From positions 35,156,001-35,220,000 of the forward strand of contig NC_087436.1 of assembly GCF_036321535.1 (NCBI RefSeq): DNA of 64,000 nucleotides, given 5' to 3'. Positions 50,421 to 64,000 of this stretch are shown piece by piece. Numbering within the stretch: the stretch's first letter is position 1; every line of letters starts with the position of its first letter. The position numbers and the translations under genes were made by a program. A model generated the notes under the pieces. The model saw only the letters and a list, made by a program, of their open reading frames with translations, did not search any database and was not told where the DNA came from. This DNA is from Camelus dromedarius. Its lineage: Eukaryota.

Positions 50421-53279
50421 AACTTCATTCTTAAAAAAGAATCAGATAGCTACACATGACCAGTTTATGAATCTAAGCTGAAATACAAGAAAACAGTCAA
50501 AACCAATGAGTGGGTAGAAATCCTCACACATACCAGGTGCTCATTATTAATATTATTATCTGTATTTAATAACAACACTACTCTGAAATTAATAACTCAT
50601 TTGGGTCCAAGATACAGCAAATAATTGCTCCCACATATTGAAGGAAATGCTGAACTTACTGTAATTGTTTTTTGTCCCCAGAATTCCTTCTCCTAAATGT
50701 TACATGAAAAGCTCTTAGGGGACACAGATTCATATTTTGACACATAAATTAATATTAGCAGAGACATTTTTACATATCCCTTTCTGTCTCCCCAGACTTT
50801 ATTCTGATTTCAGTTCCAGCTTATAAGGAAGTTAGAGTTGGAGAGTATCTCTTATTTCCAAGTATGATAAGTATCTCTATATCCATTTTATCACTGTTGT
50901 CAAAGAAAGAAAGACATTTAAAGGTAAGTAAATAGAGTACTTTTTACAAAGAAAAACAACTTTAATCTCTTAGCTGTCTCTAACTAAAGTTCCATTCCAA
51001 CATGGTAGTCCTTTTGTTATCCCTAATCTGTATTGTAGCTCTTTCTAAGACTGTACATATCTGTCCACTCTTCCACACTAATTCTAATTTTATCCAAGAT
51101 TCAATTTTAACTTCACTGGTTATGGAAAAAAGAACATGTTATTTTATCTAAGTATATTTGCCCATGGATCCCCCTTGTCTTATGCCGTGTGCTTTAGAAA
51201 TATTATGCTGGAGATACTGTGAAAAAAGTATCAATAAGTTTCAGTACAACCTGAGTGACAGTAGAAAAATACAATATTCCCAGCTACGGAAAATTGTGAT
51301 TTTATTTTGTTAAGAAGAATTATAAAAAGTTGAAAATAAGGCAAAAAAAAAAAAAAAAGGAAGTGCTACTTCTTTTCAACAGCAGATGAGGGTAGCACAT
51401 TCCTACTCAACAATTACTTAAGTACTTATGAGAATATATTCTTTTTCTCAACTCCTTGTTTATGGCTGATTAAAGTCTCAGACTTAATGGAGTTACATGT
51501 TAACTTGCAGATTTTTATCTGGTAGATATGTGAATAATTTCTGTTCAAAATAAAAGATAACCTGAAAGATTAAGGGGTTTTGTTTTTGTTTTGTTTTGTT
51601 TTGTTTTTTGCCCTTTAGGAGATTAACCAGCATTGTACCTAACTTTACGATCTTATTCAAAATGGCCTGTATTAAACTCTTTTAGATACTCAGCCTCTCA
51701 AAGCTTTTTGAATTAGTCTTAGCGGTTCCCTGATTATGACTGGTTCTCTCATTAATTAATGAGTTGAATACAGTTGTTGACATGTGTTTATTTTATATTT
51801 GTATGAGTGTCATGTTTTACATTTTGGAAAATTGTACTTTAACAACTTATAAAAAATGGTACTCTTATAGGAGGGATTTTTTTAAATTTTTTTTTTTAAG
51901 AGTAAGATTTCATCTTTAAATATTTTGCCTTTGAGATGTTGGAAATATCTTTCTTTTGGACCAAAAGTCTCCATCATGACAGTTCTCTTCCGCTTGAAGC
52001 ATGCAGGCCTTACGTAACAATAGGCTTTAAAATTGTAGCTTAAATTTTAAAGAAATTTAACAATTCACAAAGACAAAATTGCTATGACATCTTTTGTGAT
52101 TTGGCGTTTCTAATATATTTACATATGTTGAAGTTTGTAATTTTGTACCAGTCTAAAAACTTCAGAACTTACAAAGTAGAAGCCTCGTAAACCTCTAGAT
52201 AAAGATTTCTTGGTCTTGCCTGCTATCTAAAAATGTATTCCAAACTTCTCACTGTAATGTCTGGTTGGAAACAAAATATGTCTCTCATCTTCCCACATCA
52301 GGATAAATAAGAGCACAAAAAGAATAGTGACCAGAAGTCACTCTATTGTTTTTCTGCAAATTAATTTTGTGGCAGACACTAGCCCTGGGATTACATCTGC
52401 AACAGACAGGATCTTGCACAGGCAAAAAGCAACAAGATGGTTTTCTAAAAGCAAGTTGTTTTACGAATTTGTTGGCTTGTTAAATGAAACAACTTAAAGC
52501 TGAACACATGCCATAGTGATTTCACTTCGCCAGAAAAGTCAGTTCCCCTGGCTTTTTAGTTTTAGAGCCCAAAGTAGTCCTCTTTCTGGGCTGGAGTCGC
52601 AGATCTGAGCCATTTCTCCTACCTGAGATAAAAAGTAGAGATCAAAAAATAGTAAGTATATAAAAATAACTAACTGAAACAACATGAAAATGATCCAGTC
52701 AAGTAAAAGAACCAGTCCATGATTAACAAAACGGCTATTTTTTTTTATAATTTAGTAAAGATTGGTAAATAGTTTCTTATGCCTAGTTATTATTTAATTT
52801 AAGAAAGCCAGACATGTTGATTTGGGCAGGATTGATACTCAGTTATGAAAGTGGCTACAGATCCCTCCCTGATGCCCTTCATAATGGTGGTGATATTTTC
52901 CTCAAAGGCTGAATATGTACATAAACACATGTATATGCATGCTAATTAAGTAAAACAATTCATTTTAGGTGTTAAAATATAAATGCAAAAATTAAAAGAT
53001 AAGCAGAGCATATGCTCTCCATTTGATTCTAGGTCTATTTCTAACCCCTGTTGTTTTGTCAAAAAGTTTTAAGTATAAGCCTAAAAATAGGGATCTAAAT
53101 TGAAATTCTGATTATACTTTAAAGCACTAAGGACAGAGCTGAGCAGTGGCATCCATTTGACCTTCATGGTCAAAGGTGGTGATAAAGTCCTCCTTCATAA
53201 GTATAGCACTTGAATATATTATTTAAAGTGATACTTCTGGAAACTGGTAAATTGAATATATACCTTAGATTATGGTAAT

Positions 53280-53520
53280 AATTATAATTAACATCTTTGA
53301 ATGCTTCTAATGTGCTAATAATGTAGCTTGGTTAAACACTGTATCTTTATCTTACTTGATCTTCACACTATGAAGTATATACTGTAATTTTATTCCAGTT
53401 TGTAAATAAATATTTGACACTTAGATTAAGTAATTTGCTTAAAGTCAATCTACTCGAACAAAAATGGGATAGGAACTCAGAGAATCAGAGTTTGAGTAGA
53501 TTTCTAAACACCAGGCTAAT
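53280..53520 (-). mobile_element. MIR SINE (degenerate)
   Basis: ttagattaagtaatttgcttaaagtca and an A/T-rich MIR tail. Confidence 0.5.
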
Positions 53521-56500
53521 GGCCTCCTTCAGTATTATTTAGTATCTGTGTAAATTAATCTTGGCTGAGAAATGCAATTAACACTTAGTTACCTTTTTCT
53601 TGTATTATCTCTGACTGCAAGGCTATTGATCATCATAATTAACCAAGATCCTCTTTAAGCCAACAGGTAATTACAGTTGGAAAGAAGAATCTAAACTTTA
53701 CCATAATTAATTAATTTATAACTAGTAATCCCTTATGGGCATATGTTTTAATTTAGTTCTTTGTTTCTGCAAAAAAAAAACATAAAGAAGGTCATAATTC
53801 ATTATTTTATCCCCATCCTGTGCATAACACACCTCCATCTTCATAGGAAATTAGAGGTATTTTTTTAATCAAAGGAAATGTATTTCAAATCCCCCAAATT
53901 CTGCTGTTACCAGTTCTGTTTTATTTTCAGTCACCCATTACAAGTTCCATGGTTCTGTTTTTTTAATGGAAGCTAATTAAATTCCCATATTCCTTTTACT
54001 ATGTATGTTCTCTTAAAAATACATTTCTTACTTTAAATATCTATAATGTATATTAAAGATAATCAATAACATTTTGGTATGTTTCTACCCCAAGTGGCAC
54101 AGAAACTCCCTGTGATCTGAGCCCTCTCAAACCTTTTGTTGTAGTTCCTTTTTGAAGTTTTAAAAAGTGATGACTTCCTACACACCGGTGGGTTGGCATA
54201 ATACCCCCATGCCTGCAGCTCTTGTGCCATTGTTAGCATTGTGTTTTGATGGGCTCCACACTCACAGCTCTCCAAGGATCCGTGACTGAGTTGAATGAAA
54301 CCTTTTGCTACTTGGCAAGAGTAGTAAGAACACATAAAACCTGCCAGCTGTCAAGGATGTAAATGGTGATTTTGTTTCACTTTTTAATGAATTAAAGTAG
54401 GATTGAAATCTATCCAAAGACAGCATGTTTGGCCTTTGGAAGGAAGAAAAATGAAAGAAAGGGGTGTTTCTGCTATCCAGGCCATGGTATGCAGGGTGGT
54501 ATTGACAATCAGTATGGGGAGTCAACACTCCAGGAAAGCTATCTAAAGACTGTTTATGTTGTTGGTTTCCTTCCCCTCTAATCAAATGCACTCCAATGGC
54601 CCAAGGCAAACCGACCCTCCCTATCCATTCTTAGAAAAATTTCTATACCTCTAACCTTTCCCAAAGACAAAAACTGGAAATGTTTCCTTAAATGTTATCA
54701 TCTTTCAAATCATTGAGCAGGATGGGACAGAGGGGAAATTACTCTGAAAACTATGTATTTAAATTTGTTTGTTTGGGTTTTTTTGTTTTTTGTTTTTTTT
54801 TTTTTTTTGCTTGTTTGCTTGCTTTTATTAAAGCCAGCAATGGGTAAAATTTATTTATGCAACTTGATTCACTGAACCACAGTAAGTCCTTATAGTAACT
54901 GACAAAACACAATTGCACATCTGTCTCCCTAATGCACTCAGAATTACATTATTTTGTTAATAGTTATAGTGTATTTTTCATACAACCATTTAATTTTACC
55001 CTATTAGGTATTCACCTGTATAACAAAATATACAGGTTTGCCATTATTGCCACTTGTGCCAAAGTAGCAGGATCTCTAACTCTCCATAATTTAACTGTTT
55101 GTTTTTAATATGAAAACAATCTTCTGGTGGCAACATGGCCAAAAAGCACAAGAAAACAGATGATTTTATTGTCATCCAATCTTCTTTTGCATTTTTCTCA
55201 ATAATGTAATAACTCGGATTTGGACCCATAGTCTTTTCTCGAATATAAATACTTTTAAGTTCTATATAGTTTGCTTGCCCTGTTTCTCTCCGGAATTATC
55301 AACTCTCACTATGTTAAAGGTCCTTTGTCTATACATTTGTGATTCACCTTACGAAATTATTAAGGCATATGGTCCAGTATCACATGCTTTTTTTGACAAA
55401 TAATGAATAAAACAGAATCAGGGGATTTTTCTCTCATTGATAAGGAGCATTTCCACTGAGCCTTGAGTCTATGTATTTAAGCTTGCCTCTTAAATGGCCT
55501 TTAGCCCGGAGGGTGTAGAGGTCAAGTATTCAGAGCCCTTTAAGAAGGAACCAGAGCTACTGCTTCCTGGAAAACTAATCAGAATCAACAAAAAACATCT
55601 TGATGGCAAATCTGAGACTATCCTCTCAATACAACAATCAACTCAAGGCTCAGCAATGAGCCAAACCAAACTTTCTTGTAACCAACCACTTCTGAACCAA
55701 AGCCAGCACTTGCTTAAATGATTAATCACTTTTGCTTGAGAAACTTGGTTGTATTTGCATTTCAAGCTTCCCTATTGCCTTTGGTTGGAGAGATAGTGTT
55801 CACAGGGCCTACTGTCTTAAATGTGCCTATGTAGAAGTAAATCCTCAGTGCTTCCCACTGACCATATCTCTGAGTTATTCAGCATAGCTTAAAACTCTTT
55901 ATTTTTCTTTTATCATTATATATTACATGTAAAACAGTCAGCTAGCCATCGTTAATATTATTTTCCAAACAAAAGCCTCCCCTCCTTCCCTTTTCAACAT
56001 AGCAAAGATTGCCGTAAGTGACTATAAATAAGTAATGTAGTAGGTTATCAGTCATCATCTCTTCAAGTACCCATGAGATGTTTACGATTGCTGTACACTG
56101 CAGGATATAAAAATTCTAAAAGTTTATTCATGCACTACAGCCAGAAAAAAAAAGTATGTATTCAGTCGACTTTTAAAAGTGGTTTACAATTTCTAAATTT
56201 CAAAGTATTGAACCTTCTCAATGTTCAGAATAGTGAAGTCAAAATCAGAAGACCTAGCGCTTAAAGTCAGAAATTATATGTTCAGGTGCTTGATCTTAGT
56301 CTCATGTTCTTCATCTGCCATCTGTCAATGAAAATAATCAGAATGAATAATATATGTAAAAACATGTTTTAAACAGTCAAATTTTCTATTATACTTTATT
56401 ATCTAAGTAAATAGACTTTTTGGAAAAAGTAAATTTTACCTTAAGACATATTATAAAATATTATTATTTTATATATTATATATTTTAACTTGATATTCAT

Positions 56501-57509
56501 AGACTATGAATATGAATATCAATATAGAATAGGATATGAATATCAAGTTAAAATTTCCTTTGATTTTTGGTCAGTTTATTACACATATAGGTACTTCATT
56601 TGTAGCAATTCACACACAAAAGTATTCCTTAACTTGTGTATCAGAATTCAGTCATTTTCTTATGACTTTTTCGTTGAAGAGGATAGCTAATTTTAGTCAT
56701 TGCATATAATGTTTTAAGAGTTTACTGCTACTCAATAGTTTTCAATGGATAAATTATATTTTAATGGTATGTTTTTTACTCACAGGCCACCTCAAAACTC
56801 CTTTAGCTGAAATTATTTTATGTTTTCTGGAGCAAAACACAAATAGACAAGTTGCTGTTTATAGAACTTCTATACACTTTAAAGAAACATTTTTAAACAA
56901 ATAATTAAATTTGTTCTATTTTATTTACATGTGTATTTTCCAAATCTCAAATTAAAGTTAAAAATTGATGTAGAAATGTAGACAAGAAAAGATTTAATTG
57001 GTAACATTTCAAAACTACTTTAGGTCTATGATCTATTTAAGGTTAATAGACCATTGTTTTTAAAAATACAGCGTATGTGGTTCACTTGAATTTGGAAGAA
57101 GGCAGAAGAAGAGAAGGAAAAAAAGAAATGACTAAATGCAATATAACTGGGTGGCATTTGCTGTGGTAGGTAAGGACATAGAAAATCAACCCATGTAATT
57201 TCTGCGTCTATTTTAGAAGCTAATCATCTGTAGACACAGAGATTAAGTAACTTGCCATAGGTCACACAGATAGGAAGTGGTAGTCTACTTTTAAGAGTCA
57301 GCTGACTTCTTAACCACTAGGAGATAGGGACTTTTTAATACTGGTTTATAATTGGACCTCAAAATATAAGTCTACTTATTGACTTTTCTGAAGCACAATT
57401 TAGTAAAAATTAACACACACACACGCATATATAATCAACCTCAGAAAAGAGCAAGATAATAAGACAATGTAATGAAAGTGTTTTTTTAACCATTATAATC
57501 ATAGCAGTA

Positions 57510-57755
57510 ATAAATGGCAATAATATCTCACATGCATTGAGCACTTATTACATGCCAGTCACTGTATTAAGCATTTTAGAATAAATCTGTTTATTAAAAA
57601 AAAAATATGAGGTAGAGTCTAGTATCTCCAAGTCACAAGAAACTGAAGCAAAGAGAGGAAAAGTTGCCCAAAGTCAACCAAAATTAGCTGTGGTGGAACC
57701 AGAGATTTGAATCTAGGAAATGTTATTTTAAAGCTTAGATTCTTAAATGCTACAC
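57510..57755 (-). mobile_element. MIR SINE
   Basis: cattgagcacttattacatgccagtcactgtattaagcatttt...gaaactgaagcaaagagagg..agttgcccaaagtca. Confidence 0.75.
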
Positions 57756-58554
57756 TCTTTTAGTTTTACATAATTGCTTTACTGTTTCCCATTTACTAAA
57801 ATTATTCTATAAACATTTGCAACTTGTCTTTGACTATATAATGTACCTTGAATAAGGAAGGTCACATTTTTTATGTCTTTCATCTCACATATTGGTTTTA
57901 CATTACTTTTGAGCAGTCAAATCCCAAATCAACTTCATCAAGCCCTGAACTTCAAAGGGAATAATTCATACATTTGAAAATGTGTTTCCTCTCTTTAAAT
58001 TCTTTACTTCCCTAAGTAAATCTTCATCACTGATATAATGTTCAGGCCTGAAATTATTTTCCATTACTGAAATTATGGTCAGAAAGTTCTCCAGGTATTT
58101 ATTCAATAATTATCTTTTGAGGCATGAATTTTAGTCTGTTCCAAAACTTTGTTTATGTTAGAAAAAAAATGACTTAGAAATTACATTTATTCTATTAAGA
58201 GGAATAAATTGATGTGTTAAAAATATTATTCTATGGCTTTTCAAAGCCAGGTCTATTTTCTCTTTAGAAAGAACTATATGCCATTCTCGGTATTCTCCCC
58301 ATTCGGTATTGTGTGTGTGTGTGTTTTCTAATAAAAAATGGATAATTCTAAAATTAAGAAAACAAAATTTTAAATATATTCACACTAAGAATTTTTAATC
58401 ATAAACTCTTTTCTAATAAACAAATTATATAGAATCAAAAAATTACATGGATCAAAATACAGAAGTTATAAACGACATAATTAACAGATAGCAAACAAGT
58501 TATGTCAAATATTTAGGTTTATCAAAATATTTAAAGGCAAATATTCTTGTGAAT

Positions 58555-59513
58555 TTTTAAAAATTGAGATATAATTAACAAACTATTAATTTCAGGTGTA
58601 CAATGTAATGATTTGATATTTACATATATTGGAAATGATCTGCACAATAAGTCTAGTTATCATCTATAGTTACAGAATGTTTTTCTTGTGATAAAAACTT
58701 TTAAGATCTACTCTCAACAACATTCAAATATGCAGTGCAGTATTAATAACAATAGTTGCCATGTAGTATATTAAATCCTCATGACTTATTTATTTTATAA
58801 CTGGAAGTTAGGATCTTTCTGACTCCCTTAACCTGTTTCACCCACTCCTCACCCCCAGCCTCTGGCAATCCCAAGCTGTTCTCTGTATCTGTGAGCCCAG
58901 TTTGGAGTTTGTTTTGTTTTGTTTTATCGAGATCATACAGTATTTGTCTTTCTCTATCTGACTTATTTAACATGATGCTTTTAAGGTCCATCCATGTTGT
59001 CACAAATGGTGAGATTTCACTCTTTTTTATGGCTGAATAGTATTCCCCGTATGTATACTCTATGAGTTTTTTCTTTATCCATTCACTCTTCATTGGACAC
59101 TTAGGTTGTTTCCATATCTTGCCTATTGTAAGTAATGCTGCAGTGAACATGGGGATGCATATATCTTTTCAAGTTAATGTTTTCATTTTCTTTGGACAAA
59201 TACCCCAAAGTGGAATTTCTGGTTCATATAGTAGTTTTATTTGTAATTTTTTGAGGAAACTCCATACTGTTTTCAATAGTGGCTACAGTAATTTACATTT
59301 CCACCAACAGTGCGCAAAGGTTCCCCTTTCTCCACATCTCACCAACACTTGCTATTTCTTATATTTTTGATAATAGTCATTCTGACAGGTATGAAGTGAT
59401 TTTGATTTCCGTTTCCCTGATGATTAGTGATATTGAACATCTTTTCATGTACCTGTTAGCCATCTGTACATCTTCCCTGGAAAAATGTCTGTTCAGATCT
59501 TCTGCCCATTTTT
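58555..59513 (-). mobile_element. L1 (L1MA9-like) 3' UTR and ORF2 end; continues at 60008-60180
   Basis: ORF 58779-59150 (-) begins MFTAALLTIGKIWKQPKCP. The sequence resumes colinearly after a ~500-bp insertion. Confidence 0.9.
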
Positions 59514-60007
59514 TTTTTTTTTTTGGTATAGAATCCTTTGTTAAAATGACTGTGTATCATTTCTAGATTGGAGTGGGAGGTAAGTGCTATTAAACAGTAT
59601 TTTCAAATAGTTAATTGTCCAAACTGTGAACATAAGAATACTAGAATCCATTAAAGATTTGATGGGTATAACTAGTGGGTTTCATTTGAATCATTAACAC
59701 CTGACAGAAAAATTTATGTTATTCCAGAAGGATCCACAAGTTTCAAAATAAGTAATATTCTTATTAGCATCTTTATAGAGACCAACTAGACAGTCTTACA
59801 ATCAGAAGATTATAAATTACTTTTTAAAATTGAAATATAGTTGATTTATAATATTATATTAGTTTCAGGTGTACAACATAGTAATTCTATATTTTTAATA
59901 GATCATACTCCATCTAAAGTTACTACAAAGTAATGATTATATTTCCCTGTGCTGTACAGCATATCCTTGTTGCTTATTTATTTTATGCATAGTAATTTGT
60001 ATCTCCT
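59508..60007 (-). mobile_element. Short L1 3' end (59820-60007) with ~295 bp of 3'-transduced flank and a poly(A) tail
   Basis: On the plus strand: poly-T 59509-59524, non-L1 sequence 59525-59819, then an L1 3' UTR. Flanking TSD-like copies gatcttctgcccattttt and gatcctctacacattttt. Confidence 0.7.
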
Positions 60008-60180
60008 GATCCTCTACACATTTTTAGTCAGATTGGGTTTTTTTCCCCTTTTTTCTATTGAGCTGTTTAAGTTCTTTATATATGTTGGATATTAATTCCT
60101 TATCAGATACATGATTTTTGTAAATATTTTCTCCCATTCAGTAGGTTGCTTTTTGTTTTATTGATGGTTTCCTTTGCTAT
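60008..60180 (-). mobile_element. L1 ORF2 fragment (continuation of the 58555-59513 element)
   Basis: ctattgagctgtttaagttctttatatatgttggatatta...tattttctcccattcagtaggttgc. Confidence 0.8.
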
Positions 60181-60439
60181 TCCTGTGAAATTTTTGCAAT
60201 GAGCTTACTCTCTCTTGAGTATATTAATCAGATCTAAAAGTTTTATAAATAATTTCAGAAAAGTAATTTTATAAACCAATTCTGAATGTAAAAAGATATG
60301 TCTAGCCCCTCACTCAGATAGCTGTGATCTGACAGATTTATCATCTATGACTATCATTCTGTGTAATTAGGATTAGGAAATGAGTAGGAAAAATTTACTA
60401 CTGTTTTCCCTCTAAAATAAGAAAAATTTTAAGTATCTG

Positions 60440-61200
60440 TTAAAAGAGATGGAATGGAGAGTGAGAAGTTCAATATATGTCTTATTGGAGTATCAGAAGT
60501 AGACACTAAAAAGATTAGGTAAGCAAAGTATTTAGACTTAATGATTGAAAATTTTCCAAAAACTGTGAAAGGCTTGTATCCTCAAAGTCAGGAAATACAA
60601 TGACTCCAAACACAATACATAAAATGAACCCAAACATATTATAATCAAATATCAGAAGAGAAACAAAGAATAGAACTTAAAGGCAGTCAGGGCAAAAACA
60701 GGAAATCAGCTGCTTGGGAACAACATTTGCACTAACTGAGTGACTCCTCAACAATAACAATAAAACCCACTTTGGAACATTTTAAATGTACAAGAGAAGA
60801 TAACTGTACAACTGGAATTATGTGTACTGTGGAATTATTTATTAAGATGAATGTGATATAAAGACATATTCAAAGAAACAAAAATAGTGCGAGTTTATTA
60901 CCACAGACCTTCTCCAAAGGAACTTCTAGACTCTGGAATTGAGATAATGTACTTGAGGAAGCAGGAGAACAAACCTAGAATACAAGATGGAAAAAAATAG
61001 AATAGTGAGAAGATAAAATGTTAAATATGTGGGTAAATTTAAACAAATACTGATGATGTGAAATAATCATTTCTCTTTTGAGGATTAAAAAAAGGTAGAA
61101 TAAAGTAAAAATCAAAAGTAGCATATAAACTATTCTCAGTATCTTGTGTTATCTGGGAGGATAGTAAAGCTGCTTATCAGCTTTAGATTTTTGTTAAGAA
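60440..61200 (+). mobile_element. Old L1/HAL1 ORF1-region remnant
   Basis: agaagttcaatatatgtcttattggagtatcagaag, gaaaattttccaaaa and ttaaaggcagtcagg resemble L1 ORF1 sequence. Confidence 0.6.
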
Positions 61201-61219
61201 TATTTGTTAAATTCATAAG

Positions 61220-61560
61220 CTGAATAAGGCAGGTCACACTAAGGAAACAGCAATGATAAATTACAACAACAAAGGATTAGTCTCTGTCTATTTTATATCT
61301 TTCATGGGTTAAATATGGCTCTACTCCCTAACCTCTTCCTTCCTAATCAAGGCTGAAGGAGCAACCCCTTACCTAGGATATGCCAGAAAGGAAAGAGAAT
61401 TGGCAGATACATACCTTGGCTATTAAAGTTGCTAATTAGCAAGTCATATACTGAAACCTGATGTCAAAGGCAGGAATATATCCACTAGAAGACATGGGTC
61501 TGTAAGAACAGGTAAAGAAAGAGTGACATGAATTATTTAAAAAAATACATTGTTGCAAGA
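61220..61560. mobile_element. Old MaLR (MLT1-like) LTR fragment
   Basis: ttacaacaacaaagg, caaggctgaaggagcaacccc and gcaagtcatat..aacctgatgtcaa. Confidence 0.45.
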
Positions 61561-62804
61561 GCAGTAAGTAAAACAGAAAGATCATCAATAACTGGGCAGC
61601 CTTTATCTACTTATGTAGTTCTTGAAACTTCAGGTAACCACTCCCTTTCTCACCCATTGAGATGTAAAGATAGTAATGCATTCTTGCTGGCACTGACTTG
61701 GGCTTTTTCATTACCTTGCTAGTTTCCCTTAATCTCATCCATAAATCCTTCCGTTAAACTCTCTTTCATCAACCCTATTGCATGTGCCATTTTTTTCCAT
61801 CCAGCTAGGTCTCTGACATGAATATGTATTCTATTATAAGCCTTATTTCTTCTAGAAGTGATGCTCACACAAGTGAAGTCATTTTCTAAGCTTGCACAGC
61901 AGGACAGGGAATAAAATCCAGATCTGAAACTCAAGTTTTCAAATGCCAGTATCTATAGATGTCACCATGTGGGATGGTAGATGAAGACTGACCTGTGGAT
62001 GATACTTGGTCTATTGAAAACTTATTTATAACAAAATATATTTTTGTAATATTTCAGAACAAGCAATGCCATTTAGGGGAAAGTATTATATCAGTATTAA
62101 GGGTTCTCAGCAATCTCGCAATGACAGTATTTTTCTGAGAGCAAGTCATATCACAGAAAATCTGGGACATTTTAAGGGAAAGATTTCATATAAGAGGCAG
62201 ATATCAGCAATAGCATATTTCAAAATGTGAACTTCATTGGGAATGGATATCCACAAAGAGAGCCCAAGAGTTTGCTGCCTATTAGCCTTCTTTCCAATTC
62301 CCATAAATCCAGAGCAAAGTTGCCAAAATCTTAATGTCACAATTGGTGCAAAGGGAAACATGTGGTGATGGAGGAAGAGAGGATGGGTAGTCCCCCGTGT
62401 GATACTTGGCTAGGTTTCTGGAAAATAACAATAAATTTGCCAAACCTAATCTGAACTTGCTCAGCTCTGTTGAGCCTTTCATCCTTAGTTAATGTGAAGT
62501 TTTCACCATCACTGGAAGGCCCGCATATCTTAATCCTGCTTTTTTTGTGGTTTGATGATAAAAACCATAGCCCTTCACAAGTGCACATAAAATTCAATAG
62601 AGCCTTAAAAAAAGATTCTGGTTTTGTTTGGCACAGAGACTTTGTCGTCTGGAATAGGGCAAAACTGAAATTTCAAAGGATGAGTTAAATCCACAAGAAC
62701 CCAAATCACTGAATCAATTCAGCCAAATTCGTCCAATTTAAAACTACCCAACAAAGAATCCGTTATGATCCTACTCTTTACTTGTACTGATATTGAAGAT
62801 CATC

Positions 62805-63660
62805 TTTTTTTCTGGCTTTATTGAGATATAATTAAAATATAACATTGTGTAAGGTTAAGATGTACAGTATGATGATTTGATACACATATATATTGCAAAC
62901 TGATTACCATAATAAGGTCAGTTGACAAGACACATCCATCACCTAACATAATTACCTTTTGTTGTTGATGTTATTGTTGTGAGAACATTTAATATTAACT
63001 ATCATAGCAAATTTCAAATATACAATATAGTATTGTTAGCTATAGTCACCATACTCCCCATTAGATATTAGGTCCTCAGAACTTATTCATCTTATAACTG
63101 AAAGCTTTGACCTTTCACCGACATCTCATTTCCCTGACCCCTCAGCCCTTGGAAATCACCATTCTACTCTCTGTTTGTGTGAGTTCAGCTTTTTTAGATT
63201 ACACATACCAGCAACATCATACAGTATTTGTCCTTCCTTGTCTGACTTATCTCACTTAGCATAATGCCCTCAAGTTTCATTCATATTATCACAAATGACA
63301 GGATTTCCTTCTTTTTGTATGGCTGAATTATATTCCACATATATATACACACACATATATATACATATATATATTATGTAGAGAAGTGCAGACGTTTCAT
63401 TAAGATAATAATTTCATTTCCTTCAGATATATACCCAGAAGCGGGATTGCTGGATCATATGGTAGTTCTATTTGTAGTTTTTTGAGGAACCTCCATGTTG
63501 TTTTCCATAATGGCTGCACCAGTTTACCATTCCCACCAACAGTCACAAGGGTTCTCTTTTCCCCACATCCTTGCCAACACTTGTTACGTCTTTTTGAAAA
63601 TAGCTTTTCTAACAAGTGTGAGATGATATCTCATTATGGTTTTGATTTGCATTTTCCTGA
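62805..63660 (-). mobile_element. L1 (L1MA9-like) 3' fragment
   Basis: ORF 63400-63615 (-) [13 protein letters not shown]...[13 protein letters not shown] plus a typical 3' UTR. Confidence 0.9.
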
Positions 63661-64000
63661 TGTGGAGATTTTCTTTATTCAAAACTTATATAACTAATTT
63701 AAAACTCTGCATTATTAAAATAGTGTTTTACTATCATATACCTATTTTAATAACATAAATCTCAACTTATAAATAATTGTTTTCCTCATAAACAGGCACA
63801 TTTTCACTTCAAGTATCATTAATTTTTTTGAATTAGTTAATACAGTCACATGATATTCAAAAGTTACTAAAGAGTGTAGAGAGAAAGATATGTTTTCCTT
63901 CTACCCTCTTACCTAGTCATGAACTCTTCTCATTGGAGACAATCCAATTACCAGTACTTGAGTATCCTTTTGGAGGCAGCCTAGGAACATACAATAAGCA

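Noticed and set aside
52470..52640. Strong minus-strand acceptor ctctactttttatctcag|gtaggagaaatgg
   Set aside because: All frames close within about 35 codons and no matching donor or known peptide was found.
55494..55721. 75-aa ATG-initiated ORF
   Set aside because: No homology recognised, weak start context and no supporting splice structure.
58232..58250. tatggcttttc matching the 5' end of miR-135b, within a tiny hairpin
   Set aside because: Only 11 nt match and there is no pre-miRNA-length stem.
62146..62688. Four overlapping ORFs suggesting a frameshifted pseudogene
   Set aside because: No recognisable protein similarity, TSD or poly(A) tail.
1..64000. CRISPR arrays, operons, tRNA/rRNA genes or other prokaryote-type systems
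   Set aside because: The sequence is clearly mammalian (L1, L2, MIR, MaLR), with no spaced repeat arrays or structured RNA genes seen.

Overview
This is AT-rich, CpG-poor, repeat-rich mammalian DNA with no prokaryotic features. It is probably camelid. That inference rests on the youngest L1 3' UTR and on not seeing Alu, B1, Bov-A/B, PRE1 or CAN SINEs. No intact, recognisable protein-coding gene is present, and the ORF track is mostly L1 fragments, GC-rich chance frames and noise. The dominant feature is a 5'-truncated, TSD-flanked processed pseudogene of TACC3 (about 29811-31326, +) inserted into an L2. Despite heavy damage it forms a dense CpG island carrying promoter-type motifs and a perfect antisense splice donor, and CpG enrichment extends into the neighbouring L2. 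This suggests it may have been exapted as an unmethylated promoter or first exon. Other notable structures are an L1 3' transduction with TSDs (59.5-60.0 kb), a 3'-truncated L1 5' half nested in another L1 (13.2-14.8 kb), a tailless U6 fragment, solo and nested LTRs and an old 140-bp direct duplication. There are also weak splice and poly(A) signals for an unidentified minus-strand host transcript. Repeat family names and homologies come from recalled consensus sequences, not from database searches, and repeat boundaries are approximate.
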